A DNA stretch of 13,944 nt from Sulfurimonadaceae bacterium (GTDB taxonomy: Bacteria; Campylobacterota; Campylobacteria; Campylobacterales; Sulfurimonadaceae): the NCBI GenBank assembly GCA_041562555.1, contig JBFEXS010000058.1, positions 1 to 13,944 of the forward strand. The letters run 5' to 3'. The translations under genes were made by a program, and so were the position numbers. Each line of letters starts with the position of its first letter. Position 1 is the stretch's first letter. Positions 1 to 6,780 of the stretch are shown here, piece by piece. The notes under the pieces were generated by a model. That model had not been told where the DNA came from, did no database searches, and saw only the letters and a program-made list of their open reading frames with translations.

Positions 1-55
1 AACCCCAACACCATGAACACATAGGGTCCAATACGGCGATTATCTCCCTTTTCAT
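1..55 (-). CDS. DsbA family (FrnE-like) thiol-disulfide oxidoreductase, N-terminal fragment running off the left edge
   Basis: Manual translation from the ATG at 55 gives MKREIIAVLDPMCSWCWG. The DPxCxWCWG CxxC motif near the N-terminus is typical of DsbA/FrnE-like proteins. Not in the ORF track. Confidence 0.85.
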   Translation of the reverse strand, partial: MKREIIAVLDPMCSWCWG

Positions 56-84
56 AAACGAATCCAACCTTTCTATAGAGAACT

Positions 85-115
85 TACACATTATCTACAC
101 ATTTTATCTTTACAC
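85..115 (-). promoter_or_regulatory. Putative sigma70 -10 box (TAAAAT, 106-101) flanked by three GTGTA direct repeats upstream of the DsbA-like gene
   Basis: TACAC on + at 85-89, 96-100 and 111-115; ATTTTA at 101-106 reads TAAAAT on the - strand. Confidence 0.45.
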
Positions 116-122
116 TTCTGCC

Positions 123-252
123 GAAGCCAAAGATATTAATTATGAATCACTTTATGACTTAATCTTTATAATAGAACTTAAGCCTAATTAATTTTATAAA
201 ATTCCTAATATTCATTATGTAAACTACCTTCCCTGACTCCCTCTTTGGCTTC
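123..252. repeat. 130-bp AT-rich segment bounded by perfect 11-bp inverted repeats
   Basis: GAAGCCAAAGA (123-133) is the exact reverse complement of TCTTTGGCTTC (242-252). Internal palindrome AATTTTATAAAATT at 190-203. Confidence 0.6.
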
Positions 253-291
253 AATCCTCCAAAAAACAGTAACAGATGAATGAAATGAGTA

Positions 292-813
292 CTATTTTAC
301 AAAGTGCTGAAATTTCATCATAAACTTCTGAACCTTGGGTGAGACTACTGCCTGACAATACCCCTGATGCGGATTATGTGTCAAATAATCTTGATGATAC
401 CCTTCCGCTTCATAGAATTCCGGCGCAGGACTGATCTCCGTTACGACAGGAGCAGCAAGGGACTTCTGTAATTCAAACACCTTCGCTTCAACAGCATCTT
501 TTTGCTCCTCATCCAGGTAATACACCACCGAACGATATTGTGTACCTCTGTCTGCACCTTGCTGATTCAGGGTCGTCGGATCGTGAACCTCAAAGAAGAT
601 ATCAAGTATATCTTCATAGGTGATAATCTTCTCATCAAAACTCACCTTCACTACTTCCGCATGTCCCGTTGTACCTGTACATATCTGTTGATAGGTCGGA
701 TTGGGGTTCTCCCCTCCTGCATATCCGCTAATAGCGGAAACCACACCCTTTGCACGGCTAAACACCGCTTCTACACACCAAAAACATCCGCCACCTAAAA
801 TCGCAGTCTGCAT
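292..813 (-). CDS. msrA: Peptide-methionine (S)-S-oxide reductase MsrA
   Basis: GCFWC catalytic motif, GYAGG, TGHAEVV, HDPT, QYRS, EAEGYHQDY and a C-terminal GYC resolving Cys. Start set at 813 (MQTAIL...) because AAGGA lies 5 nt upstream; the ORF track start is 828. Confidence 0.96.
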   Translation of the reverse strand: MQTAILGGGCFWCVEAVFSRAKGVVSAISGYAGGENPNPTYQQICTGTTGHAEVVKVSFDEKIITYEDILDIFFEVHDPTTLNQQGADRGTQYRSVVYYLDEEQKDAVEAKVFELQKSLAAPVVTEISPAPEFYEAEGYHQDYLTHNPHQGYCQAVVSPKVQKFMMKFQHFVK

Positions 814-1081
814 ACTCATCCTTATCATAAAACATATTCTTTTTAAAACAACGAAGTATTTTTATCGAAAAAGTAAGAAGAAGAAGTTGAAATGTTATTG
901 TTAACACGGTTTAGAAGTTTGTATTAATATAGGAGGTCAATGTTCCCTATCTATCCTTTACATTAACAACACCCGTTTTATATTTCATTCTATTTTTTTA
1001 TATTTAAAAAAAACAGATATACTCTGTATAACTTTTTTTTATGATTACATTTTATACATCATTTTATTGATAAAAATAAGG

Positions 1082-1087
1082 TATAAT
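1082..1087 (+). promoter_or_regulatory. Sigma70 -10 box for the uORF/CNNM transcript
   Basis: Perfect TATAAT preceded by an AT-rich tract, about 85 bp upstream of the CNNM start. Confidence 0.6.
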
Positions 1088-1125
1088 ACTGGTTCATTTT
1101 ACTAACCAAGGATGTTATACTTTTT

Positions 1126-1170
1126 ATGGACCCCTCGTTGTATAGCTTACGCTTAAGTAAGGAAGCCTAA
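1126..1170 (+). CDS. Candidate 14-aa leader peptide MDPSLYSLRLSKEA, translationally coupled to the CNNM gene
   Basis: ATG at 1126; TAA at 1168-1170 overlaps the CNNM ATG (TAATG). AAGGA at 1108-1112 has a long 13-nt spacer. Confidence 0.45.
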   Translation: MDPSLYSLRLSKEA

Positions 1171-2210
1171 TGGGTTTGCTTCTATTTTATCTTTTCATCG
1201 CACTTTTCATCTCATTTATTTGTTCTATTCTTGAAGCAGTATTGCTTTCAATTACACCATCATTCATCGGCTCACAGGAAGAAAATTCCATTCATAAAAA
1301 ACGTCTTCAAGCGCTAAAGAGCAATCTTGACAATGCCATTTCTGCTATTTTGATCCTTAATACCATTGCGCACACTATGGGAGCGGCGGGTGTTGGTGCA
1401 GAAGCCATTAAACTCTACGGACCTGAGTGGCAGAGTATTATTGCCGTAATCCTGACCCTATTGATCCTGTATATCTCAGAAATCATCCCAAAGACCATCG
1501 GAGCGACCTATTGGAGGGAGTTGGCAAAACCTTCTGCCACCTTGATCACCCTCTTGACCAAGATCCTTTTTCCTCTGATATGGATCTCTTCGCAGATCAC
1601 AAAGCGTATCCAGAAGAACAAACGACATGGACCGACCCGTGAAGAGATCTCGGCTATGGCAGAGATCGGTGAGCAAAGCGGTATCCTCGAAGAGAAAGAA
1701 GAGATGCTTATCCAAAACCTGCTTCAACTCAAACAGGTACGTGTCAAAGACATTCTGACTCCTCGTTCCGTTGTATTTTCTTTGGATGCAAACGAGTCTA
1801 TCGAATCAGCTCTGGAGAAAAAAGAGATCTTTACCTACTCACGTATTCCTTTATATGAAGAATCCAGTGAGAACATCATCGGGATGGTTTTCTCTCGCAA
1901 GATCTTGCGCTCAACCTCTTTGGACGAAGAAGACCACAAACCTCTCAAAACAATTATGAAACCAGCTTTCAGGGTCTCTGAAAACCTGCCGGTGTTTTAT
2001 CTTATGGATAAATTTATCAAACGTAAAGAACACCTTTTCGTTGTACATGACAATTACGAACAATATGTCGGGATTGTTACCCTGGAAGATGCGATTGAGA
2101 CCCTTCTCGGTGTTGAAATCGTGGATGAAGTGGACATTGTTACGGATATGCAGCAACATGCAAAAGATATATCCGCTTTTAAAAAACAAGAGCACAAAGA
2201 ACAGAACTAA
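1170..2210 (+). CDS. CNNM/CorB-type (DUF21 transmembrane + CBS pair, 'hemolysin family') Mg2+/Co2+ transporter
   Basis: N-terminal TM with SFICSILEAVLLS, ILILNTIAHT, SEIIPKTIG; CBS motifs VKDILTPR, YSRIPLY, GIVTLEDAIETLLGVEIVDE. No C-terminal CorC/HlyC domain. RBS AAGGAA at 1159-1164. Confidence 0.92.
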   Translation: MGLLLFYLFIALFISFICSILEAVLLSITPSFIGSQEENSIHKKRLQALKSNLDNAISAILILNTIAHTMGAAGVGAEAIKLYGPEWQSIIAVILTLLILYISEIIPKTIGATYWRELAKPSATLITLLTKILFPLIWISSQITKRIQKNKRHGPTREEISAMAEIGEQSGILEEKEEMLIQNLLQLKQVRVKDILTPRSVVFSLDANESIESALEKKEIFTYSRIPLYEESSENIIGMVFSRKILRSTSLDEEDHKPLKTIMKPAFRVSENLPVFYLMDKFIKRKEHLFVVHDNYEQYVGIVTLEDAIETLLGVEIVDEVDIVTDMQQHAKDISAFKKQEHKEQN

Positions 2211-2225
2211 ACCCATTTTTTTCAC

Positions 2226-2261
2226 ACTTCTTGTGTTTATACTTCCATAAACACAAGGAGT
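2226..2261 (+). promoter_or_regulatory. 15-bp stem-loop whose 3' arm contains the SD (AAGGAG) of the downstream small ORF
   Basis: ACTTCTTGTGTTTAT (2226-2240), loop ACTTCC, ATAAACACAAGGAGT (2247-2261): 14 Watson-Crick pairs plus one G-U on the + strand. Confidence 0.75.
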
Positions 2262-2267
2262 TCCCGC

Positions 2268-2381
2268 ATGCACTTTAGCAACACTCTTTTATTTGTTCTC
2301 TACACGCTCTCCGTACTTATATTGATTGTACTTGCCATATACTATTCTGACCGTTTCAATCACCCAAAAAACTCTTCTTGA
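2268..2381 (+). CDS. Small single-pass membrane protein, 37 aa (MHFSNTLLFVLYTLSVLILIVLAIYYSDRFNHPKNSS)
   Basis: AAGGAG 7 nt before the ATG; 20 consecutive uncharged, mostly hydrophobic residues then a polar tail. Overlaps the end of the convergent HD-GYP gene by 22 bp. Below the ORF-track size cutoff. Confidence 0.65.
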   Translation: MHFSNTLLFVLYTLSVLILIVLAIYYSDRFNHPKNSS

Positions 2382-3379
2382 TATTTATCCCTTATCTCTA
2401 AAAAGAGTCCAAAGTTATCCATAAAAAGATCCACGATTTTTGGATCAAAATGTTTTCCCCTCTGAGACTTCAAAAATGAAAAGATCTCATCCAGATCCCA
2501 ACCTTTTTTATACTTGCGGGATGAGCTTAATGCATCCAGGACATCGGCAACTGCCACGATCCGACCTACAATATGTATCTCCTGCCCCTTTAATCCCCGT
2601 GGATACCCTGTCCCATCCCATTTTTCATGATGCTGATGTGCAATGATCGAAGCGATCTGCATCAATGGAAGTTTGGATGTCTTTAAAATCTCATACCCAG
2701 CCTGGGCATGTTCTTTCATTATGATTGACTCTTCTTGCGTATGCTTTCCCGGTTTATGCAAGATATGGTCGGGCGTCGTCACTTTTCCGATATCATGCAT
2801 CGCCGATGCTTTTTTTATCAGTTCAGCCTGCTCTTCCCCATACCCAAGAAGTCTGGCAATGAGTTCTGAATACTCAGAAACTCTTTCGACATGACCCGAT
2901 GTCTCTTCACAATGTTTATCCGCCAAGGTACTCATCATATAGACGAGTTCAAGTTCGGTCTGTTCAAGTTTCTGCTCTTCAAAATACTTGAGTTTCAGAT
3001 GGGTCTTTATCCTCGCAAGCAACTCTTTTGGTCTAAAAGGCTTGGCAAGATAATCGACTCCTCCCACTTCAAACCCTTGACTCACACCGTCAATATCCGT
3101 GATAGCCGTCAGGAAAATCACCGGGATCTTTCGTATCTGTGCAGTTCCCTGTTTTAAAATACGACAGACCTCATACCCGTCCATCTCCGGCATCATAATA
3201 TCAAGCAAGATAAGGTCTACACGATGATTTGCTTTCAGATAGGCAATCGCTTCTGCACCACTTTGAACCAAGGTGACCTTATACCCATGCTTATCCAGGA
3301 CATTTTTCACCAACTGCAAATTCATGGGAGTATCATCCACACATAAAATATGGAACACCTTAGTCTCAAAACTTGTCAT
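2360..3379 (-). CDS. Response regulator with REC and HD-GYP c-di-GMP phosphodiesterase domains (RpfG family)
   Basis: REC: VDD, LLDIMMPEMDG, FLTA, KPF. HD-GYP: ETSGHVERV, MHDIGK, HHEKWDGTGYP, VADVLDAL, HFDP. Confidence 0.95.
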   Translation of the reverse strand: MTSFETKVFHILCVDDTPMNLQLVKNVLDKHGYKVTLVQSGAEAIAYLKANHRVDLILLDIMMPEMDGYEVCRILKQGTAQIRKIPVIFLTAITDIDGVSQGFEVGGVDYLAKPFRPKELLARIKTHLKLKYFEEQKLEQTELELVYMMSTLADKHCEETSGHVERVSEYSELIARLLGYGEEQAELIKKASAMHDIGKVTTPDHILHKPGKHTQEESIIMKEHAQAGYEILKTSKLPLMQIASIIAHQHHEKWDGTGYPRGLKGQEIHIVGRIVAVADVLDALSSSRKYKKGWDLDEIFSFLKSQRGKHFDPKIVDLFMDNFGLFLEIRDKYQEEFFG

Positions 3380-3573
3380 CTATTTCCTAATTTTTTCGTA
3401 ATATATCCCATAAAGATTAACGAATATCTCAGCTGTCTTATCAGACTTATATGCTTCCTATTATATTGCACTGAGGATATATTCTACTTGAATCATCTAA
3501 CTAAACCGTTTTAAGCTTTCTTAACGTTGCCTTAGTTATTATTAGTTAATCCCAGAAAAGGAATCCTTCTACA

Positions 3574-5442
3574 ATGCATGTTCAGCAAAAATATGTTTAT
3601 ATAACCTTGCATAAGCAGATTCTTGTCATGATTAGCCTCTCTTTATTCCCAGGTCTGGGGTATATATTTTTAGGATGGCTAAACGACATCGTAATGCCTG
3701 CATTGATCTGGTACTCTCTTACCGCCATACTGTCTGCCTGGGGCTTTCAGCTTTACAAAAACTTTGACTATCTTGCTATGGATGATAGTGACCTGATCCA
3801 ATGGCACCAGAAGCTCATTCTCTTCTATTTTCTCATCTTTTCATCGTGGGCACTAATCTTTCTGCTTTATTCAGATCAAGTCCAAAGTAAAATGCACTAC
3901 ATTGCCATCTTCACTGAACTTGGTGCTTCCGTCGTCGCGACGACGCTTCTTTTTGCCGATAGAAGGACCCTCACCCCAATATTACTGATTTTGATGTTGC
4001 CTCTTTCAGGTTACTTCTTTTTGATCGGTGAACTCTATTCCTATGTTCTCTCTTTGTTCTCACTTATCTTTATGGGAGTACTTTTTTACTCTGCCAACAG
4101 CTCCGAAAAGCTACTTAAAAGAACTAACTATCAGGCTTCCCATGATCAATTGACCAAACTGCAAAACAGACATAGTTTCATTGATGCCTTACAGAAGAAG
4201 ATCAATGCTCTGGAAAGCAAAAAGGTGTTTTCCTATCTCTTGCTGATTGATCTTGACCATTTTAAAACGATCAATGATTCCCTCGGACATGACATTGGAG
4301 ACAAGGTTTTGGAGGAAGTATCCTTTCGCCTTAACAAAACATCCAGTCATACGAATACTATCGCCAGACTGGGAGGAGATGAGTTCATTATCTTGGGAGA
4401 CAACTTTCAGGACAGTGATTCCGCTACTGCACAGGCACAAAAACTTGCGAATAAACTGCTCAAGAGTATTAAAGATACCTACAAGATCAATGAGCACCGC
4501 TTATATCTGAGTGCAAGTATCGGCATCAGCCTTCTCACCCCGAACAAACTCAATGCCAATGCCTTCATCAAAGAGGCAGACATCGCTATGTACGAAGCGA
4601 AAGCGAAAGGACGGGATGACGTCATTCTATTTAACGATGCCCTGTCCAAACGGGTTCAAGGGCATCTGAATATTGAACAAAAACTTCATTTTGCGATCAA
4701 AGAGCATGAGTTATATCTACATTACCAACCTCAGCTGGATGATACGCAAAAGATTATAGGTTGTGAAGTGTTGACACGCTGGGAAAACCATGATTTGGGT
4801 TTTGTTTCACCGGGGGTTTTCATCTCTATCGCCGAACAAACAGGTTACATCTTAGAATTGGGGAAATATGTCTTACAAAAGAGTTTTACTACCTTTAATG
4901 CCTGGGACAGACAAGGCATAAAACTTGATCAGTTCTCCATTAATATCAGCGTGCGCCAACTTCTTCATCCTGAATTCGTCTCTGATATCAAGGCGCTCTT
5001 GCGAGAACATCTGGATGAACATCTGCATCAAAAAATCATCTTTGAAATAACCGAGACGATCCCCGCAGAAGATATGAACAAGCTTATTTTGATTATGCAC
5101 TCTATCAAAAAACTTGGTATACAGTTTTCTCTGGACGACTTTGGTACGGGGTATTCTTCTCTGAGTTATCTGCAACAAATGCCAATTGACGAACTGAAAA
5201 TCGATCAGTCCTTCATACACAAGATTGATAATAACGAACAAGATACCCAAATGGTAAGAATCATACTTGCGATGGCAAAAACCTTCAATCTTAAGGTTGT
5301 CGCAGAAGGTGTGGAGACCCAGGAACAGTATCAATTTCTCTATGACAATGCCTGCGATATCTTTCAAGGGTTCCTTCATTCATCTCCTTTGAGTAAAGAA
5401 GACTTTGAAGCCTTGTATACGTCCAGTCACAAAGTCCTTTAG
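3574..5442 (+). CDS. Membrane-anchored diguanylate cyclase/phosphodiesterase (multi-TM + GGDEF + EAL)
   Basis: About 5-6 hydrophobic segments in the first ~175 aa; HDQLTKLQNR, DLDHFKTINDSLGHDIGD, RLGGDEF; EAL motifs EVLTR, INIS, FEITE, DDFGTGYSSL, KIDQSF, AEGVE, QGF. Confidence 0.95.
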   Translation: MHVQQKYVYITLHKQILVMISLSLFPGLGYIFLGWLNDIVMPALIWYSLTAILSAWGFQLYKNFDYLAMDDSDLIQWHQKLILFYFLIFSSWALIFLLYSDQVQSKMHYIAIFTELGASVVATTLLFADRRTLTPILLILMLPLSGYFFLIGELYSYVLSLFSLIFMGVLFYSANSSEKLLKRTNYQASHDQLTKLQNRHSFIDALQKKINALESKKVFSYLLLIDLDHFKTINDSLGHDIGDKVLEEVSFRLNKTSSHTNTIARLGGDEFIILGDNFQDSDSATAQAQKLANKLLKSIKDTYKINEHRLYLSASIGISLLTPNKLNANAFIKEADIAMYEAKAKGRDDVILFNDALSKRVQGHLNIEQKLHFAIKEHELYLHYQPQLDDTQKIIGCEVLTRWENHDLGFVSPGVFISIAEQTGYILELGKYVLQKSFTTFNAWDRQGIKLDQFSINISVRQLLHPEFVSDIKALLREHLDEHLHQKIIFEITETIPAEDMNKLILIMHSIKKLGIQFSLDDFGTGYSSLSYLQQMPIDELKIDQSFIHKIDNNEQDTQMVRIILAMAKTFNLKVVAEGVETQEQYQFLYDNACDIFQGFLHSSPLSKEDFEALYTSSHKVL

Positions 5443-5585
5443 TTGTCTATATTATTGACACTCTGCTGCGCATCATTGATCTGACGGTTATAACGTTTTT
5501 CATCCATCTTTGTAGGCGTATTTTTCTTCGGAGTACATGCACTTAACGCTATCATTGCTATCAATGTCATCGCTATATATTTCAT
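5439..5585 (-). CDS. Small lipoprotein, 48 aa (MKYIAMTLIAMIALSACTPKKNTPTKMDEKRYNRQINDAQQSVNNIDN)
   Basis: AAAGGA RBS 5 nt upstream, overlapping the DUF302 stop. Basic N-terminus, hydrophobic core, lipobox LSAC (Cys17). Its stop overlaps the convergent GGDEF-EAL stop. Confidence 0.85.
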   Translation of the reverse strand: MKYIAMTLIAMIALSACTPKKNTPTKMDEKRYNRQINDAQQSVNNIDN

Positions 5586-5594
5586 ACCTGTCCT

Positions 5595-6047
5595 TTAATC
5601 TATGTTTTTGATGGCTGAGATCACTTTTGATTCTAGCTTCTCAAGTGTAGCATACGCAGCTGAATCTTTGGGTGCGACTGTAGGTCTGACATACATGACA
5701 GAGGTCTTTCCCTGCTCTTCGACAACGGTCACACGGATAGGACAAAATGCCATCATCTTCGGATCTGTATTTGCTACCTCATTTCCGAACCATCCATTAC
5801 ATGCGATAATCGCCTTGATACCGGTCAGGTTGTTGGTGTTAAATTTCTTGCCGAACTTTTCAGGCAGGCCAGCTTCTTTGAATTTTCCCAAAATATCGAT
5901 TTGCGAGACAACGATCAGGTGCGCCTTGTCAAAAGCACCCAGAAGTTTTGTATACACCTCTTGCATAGGTTTATCAAACTCCTGTGTATACACACTGTTC
6001 GACCACAAACTGACACTTAATAAACACATTAACAGTAATTTTTTCAT
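5595..6047 (-). CDS. DUF302 domain-containing periplasmic protein
   Basis: Signal peptide MKKLLLMCLLSVSLWS; DUF302-like pattern IVVSQID...IIACN...MAFCPIRVTVVEEQGKTSVMYVRP. Confidence 0.8.
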   Translation of the reverse strand: MKKLLLMCLLSVSLWSNSVYTQEFDKPMQEVYTKLLGAFDKAHLIVVSQIDILGKFKEAGLPEKFGKKFNTNNLTGIKAIIACNGWFGNEVANTDPKMMAFCPIRVTVVEEQGKTSVMYVRPTVAPKDSAAYATLEKLESKVISAIKNID

Positions 6048-6067
6048 TCGGATTTCCTCTTCAAGAT

Positions 6068-6691
6068 TTAATGCTGAAGATTATAACGAAGTTGTTCTTT
6101 AAAAAGTTTTTTGCCCCCATAAGAGGGGTGTCTTACCTTGCTATGTGCTATCCCCATCCTATCCAGAATATCTGATGCAACGTTTCCCACAGCGACAACC
6201 CTTTCTATCCTGAAAATATGGATAAGGGTAAACAGGTACTTTTTACCCACTTCCAGTTCTTTGGCATTAGGTTTCCTATTTGTCATGGTTTTATCGGGAT
6301 AATGCGGATGAAAAGGAAAGGCATTCCACAAAAGGGGCAATTGGTCAAATTCCTGAAGTACTGACCACATCGCACTCGCACTCTGTTCTTTTTTCGGCTT
6401 TTTCGAGCTTGCCTTATATCCACAATGTATGCCTAACATTTGACCATCGCACACTCCATGAAAGACAATGTCCTCTGAAGTAAATGGAACTCCTGTCAAG
6501 CGACATCCGTTGTATCCCGGGGCTTCACCGACCAAAATCGTATCCGGGGCATTTTTAAACATATAGGACAAATATTTATCCAGATTGTGGCGCTGAAGGT
6601 TCTTACGTCGTGCCTTATAAAAATTTGTCACGTTCTGTAGATCAGCTTCATCTTGAAGTAGTCGCGAAAAACGTCTAAGACTCCTGGTCAT
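6068..6691 (-). CDS. Uracil-DNA glycosylase superfamily protein (UDG-like clade); true start uncertain
   Basis: Motif 1 LVGEAPGYNGCRLTGVPFT, WNAFPFHP, NRKP, VAVG and motif 2 RHPSYGG. No RBS directly before the ATG at 6691. Confidence 0.88.
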   Translation of the reverse strand: MTRSLRRFSRLLQDEADLQNVTNFYKARRKNLQRHNLDKYLSYMFKNAPDTILVGEAPGYNGCRLTGVPFTSEDIVFHGVCDGQMLGIHCGYKASSKKPKKEQSASAMWSVLQEFDQLPLLWNAFPFHPHYPDKTMTNRKPNAKELEVGKKYLFTLIHIFRIERVVAVGNVASDILDRMGIAHSKVRHPSYGGKKLFKEQLRYNLQH

Positions 6692-6767
6692 GGGTGATAT
6701 TTTTGTGATAGCTTTCTCCTATACTTTGTATTACAGACGGATAGATTGTAACTGTTTCCCTAAACAT
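6675..6767 (-). CDS. 30-codon ORF (MFRETVTIYPSVIQSIGESYHKNITHDQES) overlapping the UDG start; either a leader or a frameshifted UDG N-terminus
   Basis: Very strong RBS AAGGAGGAG (6782-6774) 6 nt before the ATG at 6767; stop TAG at 6677-6675, inside the UDG ORF in a different frame. Confidence 0.5.
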   Translation of the reverse strand: MFRETVTIYPSVIQSIGESYHKNITHDQES

Positions 6768-6780
6768 GGACAACTCCTCC

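Noticed and set aside
159..215. 18-codon basic ORF MNIRNFIKLIRLKFYYKD on - inside the inverted-repeat element
   Set aside because: Composition is what AT-rich DNA yields by chance and the SD spacing is poor; cannot be supported without conservation data.
875..886. (AAG)4 microsatellite, and the nearby A8 and T8-type runs, as phase-variation tracts
   Set aside because: Short and intergenic in AT-rich DNA; no long poly-G/C tract of the type that usually drives phase variation in this group.
931..966. AGGAGG followed by a tiny ORF MFPIYPLH on +
   Set aside because: The SD-ATG spacer is only 3 nt and the SD lies in a hairpin arm; no other support.
2226..2261. Hairpin as a simple rho-independent terminator
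   Set aside because: No U-tract follows it on either strand (the T run lies before the stem on +). A terminating or stabilising role is not fully excluded.
5602..6102. 166-aa + strand ORF and the other antisense or alternate-frame ORFs in the track (e.g. 502-798, 1911-2273, 4873-5379, 8287-8808, 10719-11114, 12384-12755, 13338-13721)
   Set aside because: They overlap well-supported genes and show no recognisable motifs; treated as shadow ORFs.
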